Origin: Schmidtea polychroa
Taxonomy: Eukaryota
Direction: 5' to 3'
Length of the DNA stretch: 64,000 nt
NCBI GenBank assembly: GCA_044892525.1
Contig: CM097885.1
Span: 28,584,001 to 28,648,000, forward strand
Shown here: positions 1-10,270 of the stretch, in pieces
How the letters are laid out: each line of letters opens with the position of its first letter
Position numbering within the stretch: the first letter of the stretch is position 1
The notes under the pieces: generated by a model
Database searches by the model: none
Seen by the model: the letters and a program-made list of their open reading frames with translations, nothing else
What the model was told of the DNA's origin: nothing
Made by a program: the position numbers and the translations under genes

Positions 1-313
1 TAATCTTGCCTTTGACTACTTTAAGTATAATATCGAGTAAATCATCGACAACATAATTTGGAAAAGATTGCAAAATACTGTTTCTTTTCATACTTGGTGC
101 CTTTAACAATGTATTGAAAAACGGGAAACTCCGATGATTTTTAACAACTTTTACTTTCTTAGTGGTTTTACTTTTAGGTTTAGGTTTAGGATTTTTCGAA
201 ATAAGATTCATTGCAGGAAAATTTTCTGTAATAAGTTCTTTAGATGGAGTATAACTAGTTGTTGGTGGAACTTTTGGTTGTTTTTTACTCGATATCCTTG
301 TTTTTGAAAACAT
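1..313 (-). CDS. Small basic Polinton-type protein (runs off window edge)
   Basis: ATG at 313, open to base 1: MFSKTRISSKKQPKV...FFNTLLKAPSMKRNSILQSFPNYVVDDLLDIILKVVKGKI. Resembles the conserved small protein found next to Polinton ATPases (from memory, not searched). Confidence 0.5.
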   Translation of the reverse strand, partial: MFSKTRISSKKQPKVPPTTSYTPSKELITENFPAMNLISKNPKPKPKSKTTKKVKVVKNHRSFPFFNTLLKAPSMKRNSILQSFPNYVVDDLLDIILKVVKGKI

Positions 314-326
314 TATTTATGTGTTT

Positions 327-957
327 TCAAATTTGTTTTGAACTTTGTTTATAAACCATGGCACCTTTTGGGTTGAAAATATCTGTTTTTACCCGTATAT
401 CATCAGGACATTGTTGTGTGAAATCGAGAAATATATACCCATGAGGTACTTTCGTAGCATCTTGAAATGGATTGATAAGAAAATTACGGTTATTACGGTC
501 GTCCAAGAAAATCAATGACAGTTGCATCTCTAGGATTCTTGAAAATAACTAGATATTGTACATTTAAATTACGTGTTCGATGTGCCCCACCTTGATGAAA
601 TAGATTTTGTGTTATGAAAATAACTGTTACACCAACATGTTTGCTGATTGTTGTGAATAAATTATTAAAATCCTTTTATTTATTGGCTTCTTGATACAAA
701 TCATCGATAATGATGACATCATCTTTCTTCAAACGACTTGACCAGTTTTTATCAAAACCCTTTACTATTTTCATGTTTTTCAATTGACAGAAACTTGATT
801 GTGTCAATCCATGTTCTTCATCGGCGCCCCTATGCCAATAAATATTGTTGAATTTTGTTTTGAACAAATTAGATTTTAGTAATTTACAAACAAATAATGT
901 TTTTCCACTACCACTCGGACCAACGATTTGGTATACTGCATCATTTCGTAATTCCAT
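327..957 (-). pseudogene. Polinton DNA-packaging ATPase (A32/FtsK-HerA family), disrupted
   Basis: Walker A GPSGSGKT and Walker B IIIDD. After a stop at 676 the frame continues ..SKHVGVTVIFITQNLF..RTRNLNVQYLVIFKNPRD; after a frameshift it ends PHGYIFLDFTQQCPDDIRVKTDIF. Confidence 0.88.
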
Positions 958-1294
958 TTTTTAAATTTAAACTATATAATTATTGTTTATATTGATAATT
1001 TAAATGAACTCCTTTTAAAATAACTATATATAACAGAGTTTTTATAATTATTTCATTAAAATGCTTTCAAATATAAATTACAGGGCAAAAGCTGATGTAT
1101 CAAAAATGATATTTCCAATGAGGAAACCACAACAACTCATCAATAGAAGTAAAAAATATCCAATAATATATTTCAAAACTGGTAAATGTAGAATTATGGG
1201 GTGTAAGGAAATAATCAAAGCTAGTGAATATAATGTTTATGATTTAGAAATACAATCGATAACCGTAACTTCCGATATAGGTTTTTCTTGTAAT

Positions 1295-2398
1295 TGTTGG
1301 ATGACAGAGGAAGAAGAATCGAAGAGTTTGAATTAACACATTACTATAGAACGGGCAGCAACAAGTTCAGAATCAATATATACGTGGAGCCCAGATAACT
1401 CAAGCCGGACAAATCAAAACAATTATCATTACAATTTGACTACTGACTTATGTACATTAGTGATTTATCGGACTATTATTTTATGACAATTATTATTTAC
1501 GGTGTTTTATATTATTTTATCAATGTATCTTATTTATTTTATGGAGTTATATGTATTTTATGTTGATATTTCATATAAATAAAACATAGTATGGGGATTA
1601 ATTAAATAATTAATATCAGTATAATTACAAAATACATAATATTGAAAATAATAAGTGGACATTTTAAATAATTGAAAAACATATGTTGAAAATAATGAAA
1701 ATAATAAGTGGACATTTTAAATTGAAAAACATATGTTGAAAATAATGAAAATAATAAGTGGACATTTTAAATAATTGAAAAACATATGTTAGGAGCATGA
1801 GTGGTTCTCGAGTCGTGGGAACATAATTTTAACAATAATTAACAGCAATAATAATAATTTTAGCAATAATAATAATTTTAATTTTTATCACAAATTTTTA
1901 GCAATCATAAATAATTTTAATATTTTAACAATAATCAATTTTGTAGCAGTTATTTAACACTTTAAGAAGCATGTATATAAAAATATATTAATTTCTTAAT
2001 TATATTTCTTAAGTACACTTGAAAATTATAACAATTTAATTTCATATACGAAAAAAGTATAAATAGCGAGTCAAAATTCATTTTTTTCGCCCCAAAATTT
2101 TAACCGCGTTAACATACTAAAAAGGTTAATCCTTATTAGTGCTAAAACTCGAACAGACAAACAGAAACGTTCAAAAGCCTACACGCAACACAGCAAGAGA
2201 ATACATAACATTCACACAATACACACAAGCATATTCGATTGGATATTTAAAGGATTTTTGGATTTTTGTAGCAAAAAAATTCATATTGGTAAATTTTTAT
2301 TTATAATAAAAGTTTTATAACTCACTTCGTCTTTTGATATATTTGTACATATATAAGAACCAGTAAGTTGAGTGTTCCCGAATATCGAGACCTCAACA
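1295..2398 (+). repeat. 5' LTR (1104 bp)
   Basis: Direct repeat of 9136-10270. Contains three ~50-bp tandem units (~1644-1790), TATAAATA at ~2058 and AATAAA at ~2305. Confidence 0.95.
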
Positions 2399-2400
2399 TT

Positions 2401-2418
2401 TGGTGCCGCGAACCGGGA
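2401..2418 (+). promoter_or_regulatory. Primer-binding site (tRNA-Phe- or His-like)
   Basis: TGGTGCCGCGAACCGGGA, 2 nt after the LTR end, complementary to a tRNA 3' CCA end. Confidence 0.8.
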
Positions 2419-2638
2419 CTTTAAAATTAATTATTGTTATTCACAATTTGGGGGATAGGAATTGAGATCAGAGGGTATAGTATTTTATATTGGGAAAATA
2501 TATTTATAAAAATAATATCATTGATCAATTTTTTAAATAAATAAATTCAGTTTTGAAAATTATTAAATAATTCAAAAAGATAAAATAGATAATCAACCCG
2601 AAATAGTTTATAATCTCAGAAATAGAATAGTCTATAGG

Positions 2639-3634
2639 ATGAATAATAATAATAATAATTACATAAAAATTTTACCAGTAGAACCATATAGAGGAGAGCC
2701 CGAAAAGTTCGACGATTTTTTCACTGAGATCGCTCAGTATGCAGAAGCTTGTGGTTGGACACCTGATGAATTAAAAATGAGAATCCCATTATACTTAAAA
2801 GGCTATGCGTTACAGGCATACAATAACTTAGAATGTAAAGGGAATAATTTTGATCAACTCGTAAGATATCTGAGAGCAGAAATAGTAATCGATAGCGATT
2901 TACAAAAGATAAATGTTCAAAAATTTAGAAACAGATATCAAGGTACTAGAGAATCAGTTGGTGAATATGTATATACGATTACGGAGTTAGCGAAAAAGGC
3001 ATTTGGTGCAGGCGAGCACACAGCAAAATTAATTGAGGATCAGTTTTGGAATGGTATACAAAAATATTTATATAAAGCATTAATTATGGTAGAATATGGT
3101 AATTTAAATGAATTAGTTCATAAAGCTAAACGCATAGAAGCAATACAACGAGATAGATTTAGCTCACATGTAGATGCAATGGAAATTCAAAAACCCATCG
3201 AGGTAAAATCTGAGTTGGGTAAGTCAGATGACAACATTCCCTGGGAGGAGATGAAGCAACTATATTTAAACTTTGTAAAAAATAGACGAAGGGTAAGCCC
3301 GAGTCCGGATAGAAGTCAATCGCCTGAAAACAGGAGGAGGTTTGATAATGTGAGAAACAGAAACTTTGAGAATAGAAACAATAGAAACACTTTTGATAGA
3401 GATAATCGATACGAATACAATAGAAATAATTATACGAGAGATAATCGAGTCGATTTTAGTAGAAATAATTTGAGAAATAATAAATATGATAGAAGTAATA
3501 GATATGATAATAGAGATAATACAAATGATTTGAGACGTAGACAGACAAGTCCATATAGACAGAATTCATATAGAGAAAGGCGAGGAAGCCCTTATAATAA
3601 TGATGGTAGAGATAAAGTAAATTTTAATGGATAG
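2639..3634 (+). CDS. gag: Gag (capsid-like domain plus R/N/S-rich tail)
   Basis: Retrotransposon gag motifs (PYRGEPEKFDDFF, YLKGYALQAY, RYQGTRESVGEYV, QFWNGI). Ends at TAG with the frame staying open downstream. Confidence 0.9.
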   Translation: MNNNNNNYIKILPVEPYRGEPEKFDDFFTEIAQYAEACGWTPDELKMRIPLYLKGYALQAYNNLECKGNNFDQLVRYLRAEIVIDSDLQKINVQKFRNRYQGTRESVGEYVYTITELAKKAFGAGEHTAKLIEDQFWNGIQKYLYKALIMVEYGNLNELVHKAKRIEAIQRDRFSSHVDAMEIQKPIEVKSELGKSDDNIPWEEMKQLYLNFVKNRRRVSPSPDRSQSPENRRRFDNVRNRNFENRNNRNTFDRDNRYEYNRNNYTRDNRVDFSRNNLRNNKYDRSNRYDNRDNTNDLRRRQTSPYRQNSYRERRGSPYNNDGRDKVNFNG

Positions 3635-6600
3635 ATCAAATGTTATAATTGCCAAAAATATGGTCACTTAGCTAAAGTATGTAATAATGCGCGAAGCGAA
3701 TCGCCTAATAGAGTGAGATTTAAAAATGAGCCTGAGATAAAACAAATTAATAGTGCTGAGTTGATATCAGCTAATGAGGAAATAAACAGTTTGAGAGAGG
3801 AATTAAAAGAATTTAAAACTCAATATGGGAGACTTATTGAGAGAAAGTTAGAAATGTCATTAAATGAGTTTCAGTGTTTTACTAATGATGTAGATATAGA
3901 TAATGATGAGTTTCGCGAAGCAAGAGAAGCGGATGAGAAATTTCTTGCAGAAGCAAATAGATGTAAAGAATTAAAAGAGGAATTGAAAGAGACATTAGAG
4001 AAATGGCCTTATGATGACAATAAGACATTGCGTATAATAAATAGAGTTCAAGTCGAAGGAATTGACTTAGAATATTTGAGAAATTTGATACCACTAATGG
4101 TAAAGAGGCAAAATATGACAAGAGTATTTGAATTAGAAATAGAATTGAAAGAAATGATAAAGTGTTATGGTGAATTTGTGAGAAAAAATCAGAAATTACA
4201 TGAGTCATTGAATATAACTATTGAGGCAAAGGACCTTTCGAGAATACTTATGCGTAGTACAGGGGTACATGTTTGCACAAAAGTGAATAAAGTGAAACAG
4301 ATGGCCAGAGCAAATTGGCCCGAGAAATTGGGAGATAATGATAAAGTGAAACTGTATTTTAACGGCGTAGAAATGATGAATAATGAATATATAATTGACT
4401 ATGGAGTAAACGTCATTGATAACAATATTATTTCTGCAGTAATAGAAAGGCAAGAAAGTAAAGAAATTGATACACCAACTCCATCAGTAGAATTGAGTAT
4501 AAACGACGAAAATGACTATGATAAATTATTTAGATTGTGGGATGCTTCTTCAGGAGGGGCAATGAGGTCACCAACAGCTAGCGAGGAAATCTTTAAACCT
4601 ATTGATACTAAATATGATAATTTACATGAGACAATAGAAAAAATTGCGAAACAAGCAAATATGCAGGATGCAGAGACAATGAGACGAGGTAGAGGAAGGC
4701 CTCGAAAATCGGAAATAGCCGAAAAGTCAGATGACAGAAAGGCAGCAGAGCGTCTAAGAAATATTGCAAATAATATGAGACAGGAAGCCCCAAAAAATCA
4801 GGATAATGACAAAGATATAAAGATGATAACGGAGTTAGCTAAAGCAATGAATAGGAGACGATTTCCGGAAGCAAAACCATCAGCGTTAATAGAAAATATA
4901 GTTAAAAAGATTAAATTAATGGAAAAAGAGATTAGAGAATTGAGTGCAGAGGAAGCAAATGAAGAGACAGTGTTAAAGATATTATTTACAACAGGAGTTA
5001 ATCGAGATAAAGTAATTACGGCAATGGCATATTTAATAACAAGATATAAGAAACTTTTGCGATTGAATCCAAAGAATCAAATAGAAAATATCGCTAAAAT
5101 GATATATAATAAATTAAAGATAGATGCTATGCCATGGATAAAATTAAAGGGAGGATGGAAAATACTGTATGATGAGAGTCTAATCGAAAGTGCTCAGGAA
5201 AGCGTAGAAGATAATATTAATGTAGAAATAGATGATACGGAGGATTTTAGCGGTAAACAATTAATAGTAGTACCACAAAGATTAAGACAAATTCTTCTGT
5301 TACAATATCACGATGGTGCTTTAGGAGGTCATTTATCAAGTAGGAAAACAGCAAGCAGATTGATGCAAAAATATTATTGGGACGATTTGAAAAAGGATGT
5401 CAAGAGATGGTGTAATGCATGCACAATATGCGCAACTAGAAAAAATACAGGAACAAAAACTAAAGCACCTTTACATCCAATCCCAGCTACAACATCACCA
5501 ATGGAACTGTGCGCAATGGATTTTTTGTGTAAACTACCCACAACAATTAATGGGAATAAGCACATACTAGTTTTTAGCGATTATTTTACAAAATGGGCAG
5601 AGGCATTTCCTACAAAAGATGAAACAGCAGAAACAGTAGCTAAATTACTTGTGGAAAAAATAATCTTTAAAATCGGTACACCGAGAAAATTATTAACAGA
5701 TAAAGGGAAAAATTTCACAAGTGAAACTATAAAAAGAGTAGCTAACATATTTAACATGCATAAAATCAACACAACATCATACCACCCTCAGACCGATGGT
5801 TTAGTAGAGAGATTCAATGGGACATTGCTAAGTAGATTAGCTGTGTTTGTGGGAAAAAACCAAAATGATTGGGATGAATACGTTAATCAATGCACATACA
5901 TCCATAATATCACACCAAATGAGACAACGGGATATTCACCATATTTTCTAATGTTCTTAAGAGAGCCTGCGACACCGATTGATACAATTTTTGAGCCTCG
6001 AGTATCACAATATTTAGATGCGCCAGATTATGTAACATTAATGCAAGAGAGATTACAAGAGGTATATAAGGTTGCAAATTTAAAAGTTAAATTCAGACAA
6101 GAACAATATAAGGCAGATTACGATAAAAATAGCAAACCTCATAATTTTAAAGTGGGAGATAAGGTTAGACTTATGTCTCCACAAGTAGGAAAAGGCAAAA
6201 CAACTAAATTAGCAAGACCATTTAAAGGACCATACGAAGTAGTAAAAGTAGTACATGAAAACTTGCATTTACAAAAACATAAAAATGAGGATCCGATAAT
6301 AGTACATGTTAATAGATGCAAACTAGCAGAAACAGAGTTAATAGAAAAACCACCTCACAAATATGGATTACGATCACAAAAAGCACTGGTGATGGCAGCG
6401 ATCTTTTTAACAATTATAGGGCTATGTAAATCAACTGAAGTAGAAAATGAGAGCATACACTCAGTAAAATACATGGAGGAAGATATTTTAATCAACATTT
6501 CACCGTATAAAATTAAAGTATATAACTTGAATAAATCACCTATAAGGGACTTATATCTAGAAACTGGGGATGATATACCCAAGCTTATGAAAAAAATTGA

Positions 6601-7213
6601 GAATAGATCAACTAATGAATTTGAAAGGGGAGACAATGTTGAATTCATAAATCTACAGCCTAACATTAATTACACACTTTGTGCACAATGGAATACCTTA
6701 GTTGACACATCACAAGTAAGGTGCAAAAGAATAAGTACCACTATTACAAACATATATAAGCCCATAGATAATAACATGCCAACAACCACCATAACAATAA
6801 CTACCACAAATTCGGCATCCACCCAACAGTCATTACAAACGATAACAAACACAGATAGAGAAACGACATTTAAAGTAACTAGACAAATATACAAAAAATT
6901 AATAATAAAAAATCTAAGACAGTTTGATAGGAAACTGGTAAAATTACCTACGGGAAAACCCATAATCATAAATAACTGGGATGAACTAAGAGCATTTCAA
7001 GTAAAACCTGCTAAACCACGATGGCCTTTCTATGTAATTTCATCAAGCATTTTAGCATTGAGTATTTTAGCTATTATCACCAGTGTTCAAGTGTATAAAA
7101 AATACAAATGGAAAAGGCAGCGGTATCGGCACCGACTGGTCAAAAATGTACCAGGGCATTTTCATTTGGATAAGTATAGGCCAGGACAATACACAATGTC
7201 CTCATTGGTTTAA
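3635..7213 (+). CDS. In-frame continuation of gag: CCHC knuckle, coiled coil, ubiquitin-like, AT-hook, integrase, hydrophobic segment, FN3-like, Thr-rich stalk, TM
   Basis: CYNCQKYGHLAKVC right after the TAG; KLYFNG..I.DYGV (Ubl, ~4208-4445); RRGRGRPRK (~4682); HHCC zinc finger, D..D-35-E core and GPY motif (~5260-6240); NLQPNINYTLCA; WPFYVISSSILALSILAIITSVQVY followed by a basic tail. Confidence 0.85.
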   Translation: MKCYNCQKYGHLAKVCNNARSESPNRVRFKNEPEIKQINSAELISANEEINSLREELKEFKTQYGRLIERKLEMSLNEFQCFTNDVDIDNDEFREAREADEKFLAEANRCKELKEELKETLEKWPYDDNKTLRIINRVQVEGIDLEYLRNLIPLMVKRQNMTRVFELEIELKEMIKCYGEFVRKNQKLHESLNITIEAKDLSRILMRSTGVHVCTKVNKVKQMARANWPEKLGDNDKVKLYFNGVEMMNNEYIIDYGVNVIDNNIISAVIERQESKEIDTPTPSVELSINDENDYDKLFRLWDASSGGAMRSPTASEEIFKPIDTKYDNLHETIEKIAKQANMQDAETMRRGRGRPRKSEIAEKSDDRKAAERLRNIANNMRQEAPKNQDNDKDIKMITELAKAMNRRRFPEAKPSALIENIVKKIKLMEKEIRELSAEEANEETVLKILFTTGVNRDKVITAMAYLITRYKKLLRLNPKNQIENIAKMIYNKLKIDAMPWIKLKGGWKILYDESLIESAQESVEDNINVEIDDTEDFSGKQLIVVPQRLRQILLLQYHDGALGGHLSSRKTASRLMQKYYWDDLKKDVKRWCNACTICATRKNTGTKTKAPLHPIPATTSPMELCAMDFLCKLPTTINGNKHILVFSDYFTKWAEAFPTKDETAETVAKLLVEKIIFKIGTPRKLLTDKGKNFTSETIKRVANIFNMHKINTTSYHPQTDGLVERFNGTLLSRLAVFVGKNQNDWDEYVNQCTYIHNITPNETTGYSPYFLMFLREPATPIDTIFEPRVSQYLDAPDYVTLMQERLQEVYKVANLKVKFRQEQYKADYDKNSKPHNFKVGDKVRLMSPQVGKGKTTKLARPFKGPYEVVKVVHENLHLQKHKNEDPIIVHVNRCKLAETELIEKPPHKYGLRSQKALVMAAIFLTIIGLCKSTEVENESIHSVKYMEEDILINISPYKIKVYNLNKSPIRDLYLETGDDIPKLMKKIENRSTNEFERGDNVEFINLQPNINYTLCAQWNTLVDTSQVRCKRISTTITNIYKPIDNNMPTTTITITTTNSASTQQSLQTITNTDRETTFKVTRQIYKKLIIKNLRQFDRKLVKLPTGKPIIINNWDELRAFQVKPAKPRWPFYVISSSILALSILAIITSVQVYKKYKWKRQRYRHRLVKNVPGHFHLDKYRPGQYTMSSLV

Positions 7214-7358
7214 AAATAATATAGATAATTTCAATTCCTATTGGTCAATGATAATATTTAAACTCACATATATTTATATTTTTATTTATATTGAAGCGTA
7301 TAAGGTAAAGCCTCAAATGCGCTGTAAATATGTATGTTTATATTGTTTTTTTAGAAAA

Positions 7359-9239
7359 ATGCAATCCAACAATACCAGAGTCAATCCCAAACCATTCAAT
7401 CCCATACAACGTCCAGTCCAACAATACAGCTGCTCCATTCAAAAACTATACCACAGTTTCTACAAAAATTTGCAAAATAAAATCACCTCAGACGGCTCAC
7501 CAATCACCATCAGAAGTTTCCCTAACCAGGTCTGCATACCCAATGAAATGAAGTGCGAAATCGAAGAAAGAGAAATGCACTTAGTTAAATTTAATGAAGC
7601 CCGAAGGATAAAGCTGAGAGATATAATAGGCACCTATGATATGTTCAAAAATGCAGATATCGCAGCAAATGAAGGAAGAAAAGTCCCACATAGAATACTA
7701 TTCCATATGACCAGAACGGAGGTCTCAATTTGCCAACAACGAATCCCTATTATAACAACAAGCAACTGCACGGTGGTGATCAAGACGATGAAGACAAATC
7801 GAAGCGTGCCAAACGATTTCAACAATTTGGTCATCCAAATGAACAATTTACCCTGTGTGATGGCTATCGAAATTCTATATGTCCCAACCATACCCAACCC
7901 TTTCAGAGAATTAGAGATGATACAGTCGGAAATCGTGATACATCAGGATTTCATCTCGAAACGGATGTCATTCACACATCAACAGTTGTCAATCCCCGAA
8001 CGACAAAGGGCAATCATGTTCGTCGATGTCAAAGAAGTATGCGACATCAATAACAATCTCAGACCAGTAGAGATATGCATCAGAAATTTTAGAGGAGAAA
8101 TCGTATACAATAAAAAGGTGACTCCACGCACCAAAATCCAACATTATTACCCGGAGAAGACAAGAGCAGACAGAGATTCGATAAGAGGAAACGAAGACGA
8201 ATACCAAGCGCTGATCGACATACAGAAGCTGCTACTCGGAAAAATCATTGTGGGATACGAAATAATAAAGAAACTCAAGACGCTGACATTAGATCTGTAC
8301 AATGTCATTGGAGTCAGAGAGTTAGCTGAAGATGTGTTCATGTGTTCATTCGTCAAAAATGTAGCACCACACAGAATCAAACTATCGAATCTCGCATACA
8401 AGGTAATCGCAACACACCCAAAATGGAAGAAAGACAAAGCAATCAACAACATCCTCAAAAAACCCGAACCGTTCTCAGCAGAAGATACAACACTAATCGC
8501 AAAAGTCATTTACCTCTTGGTCGAAAAGCAATGGGAAGAAGTCATAAGGTGGGACATGACAGCATTCCAAAAGGAAAATAATGGCCATCAACTCAGTCCA
8601 ATAGAAGAAAACAGCGATGAGCCAGAAGAATTTGAGGAAGATATATATATCGAACCTTCACAAAGAGAATTGAAATTCAATAAAGATGGGAGCAGACGTA
8701 CCTTTGAAGATGAACTAATGGACAGCGATGATGACATCATATTCGTCAAAGAGGACAAAAAACCACAAGCAATCACAATAAAGGAAGAACCTCAAACATC
8801 AAGAAGTTACAACTATGCTGACCCACAATGTGATTTAGACTCGGATGAAGAATATTTCTCACCTGGCGAAGCAATGCAGATAGATGACGAACTAGGACCA
8901 GAGCCAAATGTCGAGTTGGAGGAGCCAATGTTCATCATCAAAGAGGGAAGATCCACTATCTCGGAAAAAGAAATACATCAACACTTCGGCAGACGAATTA
9001 TTGATGGTGACGTGTTAAAATTGGCATTGAAGAAAGGATTCCAAAGAGCAACAATGTATATAAACGGTTGTGAAATCGAATTGGTCCTTAGCGATAAAGG
9101 TAATGAGGACATTACTTTATCGGCCCTAGGAGGAGTGTTGGATGACAGAGGAAGAAGAATCGAAGAGTTTGAATTAACACATTACTATAGAACGGGCAGC
9201 AACAAGTTCAGAATCAATATATACGTGGAGCCCAGATAA
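7359..9239 (+). CDS. ORF3 (~626 aa from ATG 7359) with degenerate DEDDh (ISG20/REXO4-like) exonuclease fold
   Basis: FVDVKEV..EICIRNFRGEIVYNKKVTP..IQKLLLGKIIVGY..KLSNLA..SAEDTTLIAKVIY parallels the REXO4/ISG20 motif order. Start codon chosen by the adjacent splice acceptor; the open frame begins at 7083. Confidence 0.7.
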   Translation: MQSNNTRVNPKPFNPIQRPVQQYSCSIQKLYHSFYKNLQNKITSDGSPITIRSFPNQVCIPNEMKCEIEEREMHLVKFNEARRIKLRDIIGTYDMFKNADIAANEGRKVPHRILFHMTRTEVSICQQRIPIITTSNCTVVIKTMKTNRSVPNDFNNLVIQMNNLPCVMAIEILYVPTIPNPFRELEMIQSEIVIHQDFISKRMSFTHQQLSIPERQRAIMFVDVKEVCDINNNLRPVEICIRNFRGEIVYNKKVTPRTKIQHYYPEKTRADRDSIRGNEDEYQALIDIQKLLLGKIIVGYEIIKKLKTLTLDLYNVIGVRELAEDVFMCSFVKNVAPHRIKLSNLAYKVIATHPKWKKDKAINNILKKPEPFSAEDTTLIAKVIYLLVEKQWEEVIRWDMTAFQKENNGHQLSPIEENSDEPEEFEEDIYIEPSQRELKFNKDGSRRTFEDELMDSDDDIIFVKEDKKPQAITIKEEPQTSRSYNYADPQCDLDSDEEYFSPGEAMQIDDELGPEPNVELEEPMFIIKEGRSTISEKEIHQHFGRRIIDGDVLKLALKKGFQRATMYINGCEIELVLSDKGNEDITLSALGGVLDDRGRRIEEFELTHYYRTGSNKFRINIYVEPR

Positions 9240-10270
9240 CTCAAGCCGGACAAATCAAAACAATTATCATTACAATTTGACTACTGACTTATGTACATTA
9301 GTGATTTATCGGACTATTATTTTATGACAATTATTATTTACGGTGTTTTATATTATTTTATCAATGTATCTTATTTATTTTATGGAGTTATATGTATTTT
9401 ATGTTGATATTTCATATAAATAAAACATAGTATGGGGATTAATTAAATAATTAATATCAGTATAATTACAAAATACATAATATTGAAAATAATAAGTGGA
9501 CATTTTAAATAATTGAAAAACATATGTTGAAAATAATGAAAATAATAAGTGGACATTTTAAATTGAAAAACATATGTTGAAAATAATGAAAATAATAAGT
9601 GGACATTTTAAATAATTGAAAAACATATGTTAGGAGCATGAGTGGTTCTCGAGTCGTGGGAACATAATTTTAACAATAATTAACAGCAATAATATTAATT
9701 TTAGCAATAATAATAATTTTAATAATAATTAATAGCAATAATAATAATTTTAATTTTTATCACAAATTTTTAGCAATCATAAATAATTTTAATATTTTAA
9801 CAATAATCAATTTTGTAGCAGTTATTTAACACTTTAAGAAGCATGTATATAAAAATATATTAATTTCTTAATTATATTTCTTAAGTACACTTGAAAATTA
9901 TAACAATTTAATTTCATATACGAAAAAAGTATAAATAGCGAGTCAAAATTCATTTTTTTCGCCCCAAAATTTTAACCGCGTTAACATACTAAAAAGGTTA
10001 ATCCTTATTAGTGCTAAAACTCGAACAGACAAACAGAAACGTTCAAAAGCCTACACGCAACACAGCAAGAGAATACATAACATTCACACAATACACACAA
10101 GCATATTCGATTGGATATTTAAAGGATTTTTGGATTTTTGTAGCAAAAAAATTCATATTGGTAAATTTTTATTTATAATAAAAGTTTTATAACTCACTTC
10201 GTCTTTTGATATATTTGTACATATATAAGAACCAGTAAGTTGAGTGTTCCCGAATATCGAGACCTCAACA
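9136..10270 (+). repeat. 3' LTR (1135 bp)
   Basis: Copy of 1295-2398; by eye it differs only by an extra 31-bp AAT-rich unit (~9721-9751) and one substitution nearby. Confidence 0.95.

Larger units (their letters stand above)
1295..10270 (+). mobile_element. Young Ty3/Gypsy-integrase LTR element lacking PR/RT/RNase H, with membrane-protein and exonuclease-like cargo
   Basis: TGTT...AACA LTRs at 1295-2398 and 9136-10270. TAAT target duplication at 1291-1294 and 10271-10274. PBS at 2401 and purine tract AGGAGGAG at 9128-9135. Confidence 0.95.

Noticed and set aside
1295..1336. C-terminus (CWMTEEEESKSLN) of ORF 1061-1336
   Set aside because: Derived from LTR sequence, not the true end of the TBP-like gene.
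7083..7358. N-terminal 92 codons of the 718-aa ORF call
   Set aside because: Non-ATG start overlapping the upstream ORF and an AT-rich, intron-like spacer; ATG 7359 preferred, though ATG ~7248 cannot be excluded.
3882..8776. Numerous short antisense or alternate-frame ORFs within the LTR element
   Set aside because: Shadows of the long sense ORFs; no recognisable motifs.
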